Shown here: piece by piece, positions 1-11,033 of the stretch
Numbering within the stretch: position 1 is the stretch's first letter
Layout of the letters: each line of letters begins with the position of its first letter
Source of the DNA: Octopus vulgaris
Lineage: Eukaryota
Direction of reading: 5' to 3'
Assembly (NCBI GenBank): GCA_951406725.2
Contig: OX597815.1
Coordinates: 10,354,001 to 10,418,000, forward strand
DNA: 64,000 nt
The notes under the pieces: model-generated
What the model was told of the DNA's origin: nothing
What the model saw: the letters and a program-made list of their open reading frames with translations, nothing else
The model's database searches: none
Translations under genes and position numbers: made by a program

Positions 1-39
1 TGATCGAAACTCCCCCTTCCTTTTTTTTTTTTTTTTTTA

Positions 40-112
40 AACCTTCAAAGAAAAGCTCTACCTTGTAATTTGTTCTATCTGTGTGCAGCCCTGTGTGGCT
101 AATAAAGAAACA
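40..112 (+). mobile_element. Probable 3' tail of a non-LTR retroelement, cut by the window edge
   Basis: TTGTTCTATCTGTGTGCAGCCCTGTGTGGCTAATAAAGAAA resembles the SINE-C tail TTGTCCTCTCTGTGTTTAGCCCCTTGTGGGTAGTAAAGAAA and contains AATAAA. Confidence 0.4.
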
Positions 113-145
113 TATCTATCCGTAAAACTTATATATATATATGTA

Positions 146-623
146 TCTGCGCTACCGGTCATTCACTACAACACCTGAATGTGTTCGGATTGTCTTTGCA
201 CAGGGACCATCCGGACTCCCACCTTCGCCGTGAACAGCAATCATTATTCTCTCTTCGCTCCTTTGCGCCCCTACTCTCTTCATCTGACTTTTCTCCTCTC
301 CTCACATCACTTGACACCTACTTCCTTTCTTCACTCCTCCCCACATTCTCTCTTCCTTGATACCACTCCCTCCCAATCACCCACACCAACACCCACACCT
401 ACATCCCCACCCCATCCACCACCATATCACCTGCAGACTAGCACTGACCACTTCCCAGAACCCACACTGCACATCATCATCCGCACACCCACACACCATC
501 ATCTACACACCCACAGGTTACACACCCACAGGTTACACACACCCACAGGTTACACACTTACGCACACACACATCCATACACATCAAAGTCGCTAGCCCAT
601 ATCCGCACACACACTTGCACATT

Positions 624-667
<44 letters not shown>

Positions 668-680
668 TACACACACGGCA
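146..680 (+). mobile_element. Penelope-like element 3' remnant (end of the GIY-YIG region plus C/A-rich tail)
   Basis: Manual translation LRATGHSLQHLNVFGLSLHRDHPDSHLRREQQSLFSLRSFAPYSLH matches the remembered PLE C-terminal pattern R.RREQ.LIF.L....P.GLN. A 16-bp CACACCCACAGGTTA repeat (x3) and (CA)n follow. Confidence 0.6.
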
Positions 681-990
681 TATCTGACTAGTGGATCAAC
701 AAAACGATTGTCATTTCTCTGCTTTGATTTTCTCCTTTTGAAGCTTGTACATTTGGAGTGTTAGAGAAAAATACATTTAGATACCTTATCAAAATCTCAT
801 GAGAAACTTTGGTTATGCTCCGTAATTCTTTTGAAGACAGTCGTAGACTTGCAGATCTTTCAATACCAAGCTGTTGCAGTGTAGGTTTCTGATGTGAGGA
901 ATGTTTGGAATCTAACTTTACCCTCAAACACTATCTACTATTATCTTTTATCTCTATTTTGTAAAGTTTAGAACAAAATGTTAGAGAATC

Positions 991-1101
991 TTCGTTCGTT
1001 CGTTCCTTCCTTCCATGTATGTATGTATGTATGTATGTATGTATGTATGTATGTATGTATGTATGTATGTATACATGCATACATGTATGTATGTATGTAT
1101 G

Positions 1102-1148
<47 letters not shown>
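991..1148. repeat. Compound tetranucleotide microsatellite (TTCG)(TTCC)(ATGT)n(ATCT)n
   Basis: Directly visible. Confidence 0.95.
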
Positions 1149-1454
1149 AGGCAGTAAAAAAAATCGTAAAAAATAGGGGCTTTCATAGAAAAAAAGCACC
1201 TTTTCGATGTAAATAATTTTTGGTGTTAACATGGTTTGATTTGAATTCTTTCTTCTACGGAAGGAAGAACAAGCCTTCTTCTATCATATTCTCAATTTTG
1301 GTCAACTTGTACCGCAGGGTCTCGGAGGAGATAGTGTTAGTTGAAGGCTACCAAACCTGCCATACACAGACAACTTCGGGTATATATATATATATATATA
1401 TGTATATATGCACACATACATACAAACAGTCACACACGTATGCACACAAGGACA

Positions 1455-1610
1455 GGTTTGGCAGCGTGAATAAAAGGTTCGATTCGCAGTCACGTGGATT
1501 CGTGTCAGTCCCATAACATCCCGATCAATTGCGTTCTTTCTAGCCTTGGACCGAACAATGCTTTGTAAATGATTTCTGTGGACGGAATATGTTGTTGAAG
1601 TCCATCGTAA
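1455..1610 (+). mobile_element. Decayed SINE-A 5' half
   Basis: CAGTCCCA...TAGCCTTGGACCGAACAATGCTTTGT...GACGGAA aligns by eye to the copies at 35886 and 60591. Confidence 0.55.
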
Positions 1611-1612
1611 TA

Positions 1613-1707
<95 letters not shown>

Positions 1708-1733
1708 ATATATATATATATACACGCATATAC

Positions 1734-1788
<55 letters not shown>

Positions 1789-1819
1789 TATATACATATA
1801 CATATATATATACATATAC

Positions 1820-1907
<88 letters not shown>

Positions 1908-1927
1908 ATGTGTGTGTGTGTGTGTGT
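1611..1927. repeat. Compound (ATCT)n(TA)n(TG)n microsatellite
   Basis: Directly visible; explains the IYLS and YI ORFs. Confidence 0.95.
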
Positions 1928-2754
1928 TTGCGTTTGTGCACGTGTATAAGCGCATTAGTGTTTGTCTCTCGTTTCTTCACAATCAGTGTTGAATTTCTCC
2001 CCCTCCTCACAACTTAGCGCTTCGACAGAAAGAAGCCAACGGAATATGCGCAAAACTCAAAAACATAAGTACAGAAATCCATTTGGCTGACTAAACACTT
2101 CATGGATGGTGCCGAGTTATGGCCCACTGTCCATGCCAGAAGTAAACAAAAAAAAAAAAAAAAAAAAAAGAAAAACAAAAAAAAGAGGTTATACACGAAC
2201 ATACAAAACCACACACACATCCATACACGCATTGATACTCACACATATTTATATGTATAACAACACACACGTGCTTTTTTTTTTTGCGTGCGTATGTCGA
2301 GAGAGAGAGAGAGCGGCAAACGAAGCCTGCATAATACAGCATACACCTGTGGTGTTAAACTGTAATTGTTAACCGGACAAATCAATATTGTGTGTGTCAA
2401 GGACGAATATAAATATCTTCTCAAATATTCATTGCCTGAAGAACAAACTCGCTATAATACGGTCGCCATGCTTTCATCGCCATTGTTTTTTTCTTACCTT
2501 TTCTCATTTCTTATTCATTCTTACTTTCTTACTTTCCCGCCATCGCCAGGTTCTCGATGGCGTTGCCGTTGTTGTCACGGTTGTTTTTTTGTTGGTTTTG
2601 TAGCTATTGTCATTCTTTTTTTCTTTTCTTTTTTTTTCTTTTGCAGATGCTGATGTTTTAGTGCTATTTTTTCTCGTGTTATTGTTTATTTTGGTTTTCC
2701 ATTTTCTTTTCGTCTCTCGGCTTCGTCTTCAAGTCAGTACTTGGAAATCAATAG

Positions 2755-2865
2755 ATGATCATCATCATCACCATCATCACCCATCATGACCATGATGATG
2801 ATGATGATGATAATGATCACAACCATCATCATCGTCGTCGTTGTCATCATCATCATCATCATCAC

Positions 2866-2914
<49 letters not shown>

Positions 2915-3028
2915 GTTGTTATTATTATTATAATTATTATTCTTATTCTTATTATTATTGTTGTTGTTATTATTATTATAGTTATTATTATTATTCTTCT
3001 TATTATTGTTGTTGTTATTATTATTATA

Positions 3029-3061
<33 letters not shown>

Positions 3062-3089
3062 GTTGTTGTTATTATTATTATTATTATTA

Positions 3090-3174
<85 letters not shown>
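2755..3174. repeat. Trinucleotide tract (ATC/ATG)n then (ATT)n with GTT interruptions
   Basis: Directly visible; it lies on the 3' side of the adjacent LINE remnant. Confidence 0.95.
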
Positions 3175-3178
<4 letters not shown>

Positions 3179-3392
3179 TAGTTTTATTTTTATAGCGTGC
3201 TTTCACTTCACTACCGAGCGCAGCTCTGTGTGCCTTGGGTATGTGCTGTGATTTGTTGTGATGCTCTGATGGTTATTGTATGGAAAGTGTTCTGCGTAGG
3301 ATGTGTGCAGTGCCTAGTAGTGCCATTTTCTGTATGTTATATGTGTTTGTAAGTCCTGGTGTTTTTGTTATGTATTTGTCTGAATATTTTTT
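3175..3392 (-). mobile_element. 5'-truncated R4/Dong-like (restriction-like endonuclease) LINE 3' end in a (TAA)n tract
   Basis: Minus-strand translation KYSDKYITKTPGLTNTYNIQKMALLGTAHILRRTLSIQ* has the QK.ALLGTA.ILR C-terminus typical of the R4 clade. (TAA)n lies on both sides. Confidence 0.75.
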
Positions 3393-3400
3393 TATTATTA

Positions 3401-3433
<33 letters not shown>

Positions 3434-3461
3434 GTAGTAGTAGTAGTATTAGTAATAGCAG

Positions 3462-4590
3462 TAGGGCGGTGAGCTAACAGAATGTTTAGAATCCGGACAA
3501 TATGCTTCGCGACATTTCTTCCGGCTTTACGTTCTGAGTTCAAATGTCACCGTGGTCGATAAAATAAGTACCAGTTGAGTACTGAGTTCGACTTAATCGA
3601 CAACCTACCCCCCCCCACTACACTTAAAATTCCAAGCCTTGTGCCTACAGCAGAAAGAATTATTTTCAGGCAGCGAGCCGGCAGAATCGCTAGCACTTTG
3701 GAAAAATGCTAAGTGGCATTTCGTCCCTATTTCGTTTCTGAGTTCGAATTCCGCCAAGGTCAATTTTGCCTTTCATTCCTTCAGGGTCGAGCACTGTGGT
3801 CGACGTGATCGATTAGTCTCCTCCTCCAAAAATCTTATTGGGTTCGTGAATAGACAAAATCGGCAGAACATCGGATAAAACGTGTTGCAGAGTTTCTTTA
3901 TATTCCGATTCCCGCCGCGGTCATCTTTTTCCTTTCATCTTTATAAGGAGGCGAACTGCAAAATCGTTACGGCGTCGGATGAAATGATTAGTGACATTTC
4001 TTCCGGTTCTACGTTCCTAGTTCAAATTCTGCCTAGGTTGACTTTGCCTTTTATCCTCTCGGTGTCAATAAAATAAGGTATCAGTCGAGCACCAGGGGCG
4101 ATCAGCGAGCTGGTTGCATCGTTTAGTGCGCCGGAAACCCCCCCCCCCCACCAAAAAAAAAACTCTTAGCAGCTTTTCGTTCGTCTTTACGTTCTGAATT
4201 CAAATTCCGCCGGGGTCGGCTTTGACTTTCATCCTTTCGGAGTCGATAAAATAAGTACTAGTTGAGTACTGGGGTCGATAAAATAAGTACCAATTCAGTA
4301 CTGCAATCGACAAGCCCCCTTCCCCGAAACTTCAGGCCTTGTGCCTATAGTAGAAAGGATTATTATTATTACGAAGGCGAAGGCGGTGAGCTGGCAGAAT
4401 TGTTGAAGCGCCGGAAAAATGTTTTGTCTCATTTGTTCCCGCTCTTTACATTCAGATTTCAAATTCCGTTTAGGTCGGTTTTGCTTTTCATCCCTTCGGG
4501 GGTCGATAAGATAAAGCACCAGTCAAACACTGGATTTGACCAAATCCACTTCTCTTGAAGTTATAGGTGTTGTGTCTGAACAAGAAACCA
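3462..4590 (+). mobile_element. Cluster of about six co-oriented, decayed SINE-C copies (older tail type)
   Basis: Repeated GGCGGYGAGCTGGCAGAA heads, GTTCTGAGTTCAAATTCCGCC (B-box-like GTTCAAA), TTTGCCTTTCATCC..GGGGTCGATAAAATAAGTACC cores and CCTTGTGCCTA..AGAAAG tails. Confidence 0.8.
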
Positions 4591-5607
4591 TAATAATAAT
4601 AATAAATATAAAAAATATTAACTCTCAGAGCTCCAGTGAAAAAAATAATCTTTGAATTTCCTACAAAACAGCAGAGAATGTTTCAATGTCCGCCCCCTAC
4701 ACACATGCTGCTTTAGTATTAAAATCAGAAAAAAAAACCGCTCGTCGAAACATTTTTTAAAAACTTTCTATATTTCTACCATAGTCAATAATAATAATAA
4801 ATATTTGAAAAAAATGTTAAGTCTCAGAGCTCCAATGAAAAAATAATCTTTGAATTTCCTACAAAACAGCAGAGAATGTTTCAATGCCCCCCCCCCCCTA
4901 CACACATGCTGCTTTAGTATTAAAATTAAAAAAATTTTTTTTTAAAAACCGCTCGTCGAAACATTTAAAAAAAACTTTCTATATTTCTACCATAGTCAAT
5001 AATAATAATAATAAATATTTGAAAAAAATATTAACTCTCAGAGTTCCAATGAAAAAATAATCTTTGAATTTCCTACAAAACAGCAGGGAATGTTTCAATG
5101 TCCGCCCCCTACACACATGCTGCTTTAGTATTAAAATCAGAAAAAATTTTTTTAAAAAACCGCTTGTCGAAACATTTTTTAAAAACTTTCTATATTTCTA
5201 CCATAGTCAATAATAATAATAATAAATATTTGAAAAAAATATTAACTCTCAGAGTTCCAATGAAAAAATAATCTTTGAATTTCCTACAAAACAGCAGAGA
5301 ATGTTTCAATGTCCGCCCCCTACACACATGGTGCTTTTGTATTAAAATTAGAAAAAATATTAAAAAAAAACCGCTCGTCGAAACATTTTAAAAAAAACTT
5401 TCTATATTTCTACCATAGTCAATACTAATAATAAATATTTGAAAAAATATTAACTCTCAGAGCTCCAATGAAAAAATAATCTTTGAATTTCCTACAAAAC
5501 AGCTCAGAATGTTTTCACTGTCCCACCTCCTATTACAATCAGAAAGAAAAAAAAAAACGCTCGTTGAAACATTTAAAAAAAACTTTCTATATTTCTACCA
5601 TAGTCAA
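4590..5607. repeat. Tandem repeat, five units of about 200-210 bp, each starting with (AAT)n
   Basis: TCTTTGAATTTCCTACAAAACAGC...TATATTTCTACCATAGTCAA recurs five times; the last unit is internally shortened. Confidence 0.9.
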
Positions 5608-5966
5608 TTTGCAACATTGCCACCGCGGACATATTCTCTGTAACGGAAACAAACATGTCCCAGATCATTTTCAAACATAGAAATCGATAAATAGAAAATG
5701 TAAGCATTATGCAAAAAGTTTAGATACATGCATTTGTACAAATGAAAACAAAAAAAAATTTAATTTGAAAATAGAAGAAAAAAATGTATTAGAAGTATGA
5801 ATAATAACGAGAGCATCACCACCAGTATAAGCATTCGGGGTCAAAAGGAAGGACTCGACTTGAAATAGCCCTAGAAAAGTTAAAAAAAGGAGCAACGGGC
5901 GAGAAATGGTGAGAAAGACAGTACTTCCTTACCCAATGAATTTACCTAGGAAAGTACAAGGGGTAA

Positions 5967-6555
5967 TATTTCGTTTTTGGATTTGGTTTGCGAGATTCTT
6001 TATATGAGTTCGTGTGTTGAAGCATGTTCTATTGTGTCTGGGAAGAGTCATTTTCTTTTTGTGCCTTATTATGTAACACACTCACCGGTAAAATTTCCAC
6101 TTTTTTTCTTATTTTTATTGTCCTAAAATTTTCGTTGCGTCTTGCAACCTTTTCAGTAGTTTTGACTCTCTCATGATAATCCCGTCGATATTGTTTGGGT
6201 ATCTGTATTGATAACTACCATGCTGGGATTGTTGTTGTTGCTGTTTCATCTACTTGAGTTTATTGTTGAAGTGTTTGTTACAGGCATGGTTAACTCGGCG
6301 GTATTCTTGTTGGATGTTTGTCATGAATATGTCTCTTTCGTGTGGAATAGTGGTGTTTTTTTGTTCATGCAGCAGGACTCTCTTTCGTTTTTGGTATTGG
6401 TTGATTTCTGTGTATACAAAACTATTGAAAAGGTTGCAAGACGCAACGAAAATTTTAGGACAATAAAAATAAGAAAAGAAAGTGGAAATTTTACCGGTGA
6501 GTGTGTTAAATAATAAGGCACAAATAGAAAATGACTCTCTCCAGACACAACAGAA
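5967..6555. mobile_element. Penelope-like insertion with inverted arms, flanked by a 12-bp TSD
   Basis: 5967-6170 and 6417-6555 are inverted copies. TACAAGGGGTAA occurs at 5955-5966 and 6556-6567. The same family recurs at 41188-41462. The PLE call rests on the inverted architecture. Confidence 0.6.
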
Positions 6556-6697
6556 TACAAGGGGTAAGTTTTGGAGAAATTCCGTATGCTCTCGAAAGGA
6601 AAGTTGGAAGGAGCCCTGACCAAAGTATGGTACGGTGTATGCTCTCTCGACTGAAGCAGGATATATAAAAGCGCGTGACTTGGTATTTAAGACAAGG

Positions 6698-6778
6698 AAG
6701 GCGGGCGAGATGGCAGAAACGTTAGTACGCCGGGCGAAATGCTCAGCGGTATTTCGTCTGGGTGGTAAAGAAATAGGT
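6698..6778 (+). mobile_element. Internally deleted mini SINE-C (head fused to tail)
   Basis: Head ...GCGGTATTTCGTCT joins GGGTGGTAAAGAAATA; flanking direct repeat GGTATTTAAGA(C/G)AAGG. Confidence 0.75.
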
Positions 6779-6789
6779 ATTTAAGAGAA

Positions 6790-7010
6790 GGAATCAAACG
6801 AAAAGACAGTCAAGGGTAGTAAGCGACACACCTACTCAGAGGCTGGTACTCAGTATGAAGACGATCACGGCTAAATTATTAGCGTAGATGCTGACTCGTT
6901 GCTTGTACGGCCGTATGGTGAGCTCAGATGTTACCGGTAATATCTGATTGCGTGGGATCTGCATGGACTTCTGGGTCTTAAGAGAAACCCATCCTCTTAC
7001 GAAATTTATG
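6790..7010 (-). pseudogene. Possible decayed L1/Tx1-type reverse transcriptase fragment
   Basis: ORF 6836-7060 contains KQRVSIYANNLAVIV, resembling the VSAYADDVTV motif. Confidence 0.35.
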
Positions 7011-7394
7011 TAAAAATTTATGTAATCCATTTTAACATGTTTGAATACAATGTTACACAACTTGGTGAACTTGGTTCACTAGCGGTCTATGGTAATGGTT
7101 TAGTGATTTTTCAAGAACGTAAGCATTTTTGTAGTTTTGTTTTGTTTCATGGAATCATAAACATTAGGTTTACTTTCTTCTAATACAGCGTGAATAATGG
7201 TCATTTGAAAACTTTTGGCTTCCGTAACATCAAGTTAGGAAAATTCTCTGAAATTTGCAACATCAAGCTCTGATAGCTTCATAGCCCAATAAGAATTATG
7301 AAACTAAATTGTGTCTTATGTATGTGACTTACCTTGCAATCTCGTGCAACAAGTAGAATCTATATTGTACTTTTACCTATTTTTGGTGTGGCAC

Positions 7395-7453
<59 letters not shown>

Positions 7454-7456
<3 letters not shown>

Positions 7457-8010
7457 GCCCTGATGCAGTACCAGGCAGTGGTTCTCATGGCTTCTGATCT
7501 TAACTGATTGGAAGTGTTATCATGTACATTGTTTTGTCTTGGTATAAAAGATGGGCTACAGCAAATATTCTGCTCAATACCACAGATTTGCTTGTCAGTT
7601 GGTTGACCTTAACCAGTTGACCATGTCCCTTAGTGGCTGACGATATGTGCATCTCTGATCACGAGCAGAAGTAGTGGGGGAGCATCATAGCCATGTGTTG
7701 AGAAGGATTCTTTGGGGTTTGAATAATTCACCTCTGGAAACATGGGTGTTTCGTTCAACATCCTTAAACAACCCTTATTCAGGGACCTTTTGAGCGGGAT
7801 GGGTTACTCGATCTGAAGAAAATTCTAACTGGGCTCCACCTGCAAGGTCATGTGCTGTTTATCTTGATATGAGATCACCATGTCGCGCACATATGGTTGC
7901 GATGCATGTGCCTGGTGTACCATTATCAGACGGGTAGTCATGATGGGTATACTGGGCTTCGTATATTTTACCCCAGTGTCACTTCGATGGCATGCTCTGC
8001 TCGCTCACTC
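7454..8010. mobile_element. Unclassified ~555-bp element embedded in (TAA)n
   Basis: Complex, more GC-rich block with sharp edges between (TAA)n at 7396-7453 and (AAT)n at 8011-8063; no ORF. Confidence 0.55.
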
Positions 8011-8065
<55 letters not shown>

Positions 8066-8183
8066 TATATTATAATGATAATAATAATAAAGGGTATAAT
8101 TAATAAATTAATTAATTAATAATTGATAATTTCACCAAGTAGTATTCGGTATGTTAAAAAGATCATTATCGGTAAACTTAAAC

Positions 8184-8367
8184 AATATTTATTATAATTA
8201 TGAGTATAATTTTAATTAGGGTTAGGAAAAAATTTTGCTTCACCACACACTGAACTTTAGACTGCTATTTCTATTTCTAGACTGCTATTTCTAAAGTTCG
8301 GTGTGTGGTGAAGCAAATTTTTTGCCTAACCCTAATTATAATTATACTCATAATTATAATAAATATT
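8184..8367. repeat. Fold-back palindrome with 77-bp arms and a 30-bp spacer (possibly a Penelope-type end)
   Basis: 8184-8260 is the reverse complement of 8291-8367 with about four mismatches. Confidence 0.85.
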
Positions 8368-8600
8368 ACATATATAAAGTAGAGTAAAAAAATTTTTTGG
8401 AAAATTATTAGTGGCCCTTCATCAAAAACCTAGCTATAAAATACTACAATGATGATTCGTTGTTAAAGCTCATTTCTAATGGTGTCATGTTCGTTTGGAT
8501 TATTTTGTGGAACTCTATAAGAGATCTAGGAAAAGAAGTAAGAGTAGAAATTTATCACTAAGTAAGTTATCGGTAAATAATATATCGTATATTATCGTAA

Positions 8601-8833
8601 AAGGCGGCGAGCTGGCAGAATCGTTAGCACGCCGGGCGAAACGCTTATCGGTATTTCGTCTGCCGCTACGTTCTGAGTTCAAATTCCGCCGAGGTCGACT
8701 TTGCCTTTCATCCTTTCGGGGTCGATTAAATAAGTACCAGTTACATACTGGGGTCGATATAATCGACTTAATCTGTTTGTCTGTCCATGTTTGTCCTCTC
8801 TGTGTTTAGCCCCTTGTGGGTAGTAAAGAAAGA
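8601..8833 (+). mobile_element. Full-length SINE-C monomer
   Basis: Head, core and tail present; AATATATCGTATATT is repeated on both flanks. Confidence 0.9.
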
Positions 8834-8859
8834 AATATATCGTATATTCTAATCAGCCA

Positions 8860-9600
8860 AATTAGATGATGTTTTCAAAAACGTGAATACTTCGAAGCCT
8901 TTTTTGTCTGAAATAATAACCAAAATAGGGACGTTTTCTCATGCATGTAACAAAAATCTTATTGAGCCAGTGTAATTGGCTTGTGCTGTAGAACAGAACT
9001 TTTTTGAAAATGGTGCTCTGCTAGTATTAATGGAAGTATCATTAAATGAATTTTATTTCACAAAATTTATAGAATAATATGGCTGGATCAAGGCTCCTGC
9101 TGTAGTTTTCCCTTCGATGCATTGCATATGACTTATACAGCGAACATGGGATACGTGAGTGGCAATTAATTTCTTTCTGGATACAAGTCTTTTGTTTCTG
9201 GAAGTCATGGATACAGTACAGTCAGAACTGATTTGAATGAAATTAATCAGTCTAATATTTCTTAACTGAAATTTTTTTTTTTACCTAATTGAAAATCTCT
9301 TTTTTACAACTTCTTTCTGATAAACGTGTTTGAAATAGCATTTCCTCTTTCATATCCTCTTCATAAACAAATATGACGTATGTTAGTAATAAAGCTTGCC
9401 TGTGAATTATTTCATGTATGTTGATCGAAGATCAACTGGTTAGGAAATTCTGATGGAGTGACTTTGTACTGAAAGAGGGTCAAGTTTATTGTAAAATGTA
9501 AATTGACTGGGATTTTAAAATGTAGACATAAAACTGTGTTTTTTTTAACACTATACACCTATAAGAGATGTTTTCTCGGTGTAAATATCATAGTTTATAA
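8860..9600 (-). pseudogene. Decayed hAT (Buster/Charlie-type) transposase remnant
   Basis: Minus-strand DCTVSMTSRNKRLVSRKKLIATHVSHVRCISHMQCIEGK...INFVK*NSFND...LHWLNK parallels DGAxxMxG...HCxxHRQxL...NFIK...RWLS. Confidence 0.55.
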
Positions 9601-9879
9601 GACTTTCAACGATATACAGATTATTTTGAACTAGTACTGCATCTGTCGCTAATAACGAATACACATACATGCATATACTCACGCGTGTATATGTATGTAA
9701 GCAATAGAAATTGCATGTTTAGTGAATCAAAAATCATCCACCCCCTACCCCCGACCAAAAAAACAAGACGAAACAAACGAAACAAAAACTATTAAATAAT
9801 TTATTCGGGTAAAAAAAAAGCAAGAGAAAACTAATAAACTTAATTAGTAATTATTAAAAATACAATACAGATATTTAGC

Positions 9880-9930
9880 ACTATATCAGCATGGTTCGGT
9901 CTTAGGAGACCTCATCAGCGAAATATAGTC
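9880..9930 (-). ncRNA. Degenerate minimal type I hammerhead ribozyme-like motif
   Basis: Minus strand ACTATATTTCG CTGATGA GGTC-TCCTAA-GACC GAAC CATG CTG ATATAGT; GAAC instead of GAAA and no clean UH cleavage site. Confidence 0.45.
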
Positions 9931-10569
9931 TAAACGTTACTACAGATTTTAGAGAGACTGGAGAGGTATATCGGATTCCAGTGTCTGAACATCGAATGGA
10001 TTTTATCTATAATATAAATTGGACATGGGCGATCGTCGTATTCTTTCTTGTCTTGAGGTTCACAGCCAAACGGCTGGGTGGATTCATATGCAAAATGGCA
10101 CACGTGTGGAGATGGGTGCATAGATTGGAATGTGGTTTGTATGTTTTTCTTAGATCCCATAGTGACCGAGGAAATCGATTAAAACTTTTCGAATGGAATT
10201 TCCCTGTTTGTTACGCCATTAAAACAACCAGTTGCTCACACAGCGGGCATATACCCTTTCGCTAGCAACAAGGGGAGTACAGGATGACAGTTGGCCAAAA
10301 CTTTCGCTATACTGTCTCGCTTCTTTCACTTCTTTGTGGGGTTAATAATCTTAATCTTTAGTTACAGTTTTTCATTCATACTACATAATAGGCAGAATTG
10401 TCGGATGAAGACAGTAGGTTGTTTTGAGGGAGATTTGGCTGCTGTTTCTACCAGGTATAGCAACGATGTAGAGGTCTGAGCTTAATTTTCATTCACATAT
10501 TTGCATTTCAAAAATTTAACATATTCTTTTCCATAAATCAACTATTGTAAACACATACACACACGTACA

Positions 10570-10613
<44 letters not shown>

Positions 10614-11033
10614 TACACACACACACACACACACAGACACACACACACACACATCCATTTCATACATCTTCTTTCAGTTGCTGATCTCTGCAAATAAAAT
10701 TTTTTACGGATGCAACTGCTTACAAAAATAGGGATTAATGTATAATTTCTTTCTATGTTCATAATTAAATCAATGTTTTAATGATTAGACAGACGTCCAA
10801 TAGAATGGTTCTCAGAAACAGACTACGTACAAATTCGTTCTTCACAATCCTTGAAACTGTTTTCTGACAAGGAGGGAGGGGAGTCCGGAAATTTTCATAC
10901 GGCTGAGGCTCAAATCGAAGCAGAGGACCCGAAATGATAAGATTGAGAAACACTGTTATAGATTATGCCTAATCGAAAACAATCACAGCCACATCATCCA
11001 AATAGACCGGGTGAAAATGGGCTTAGTTGCTAG

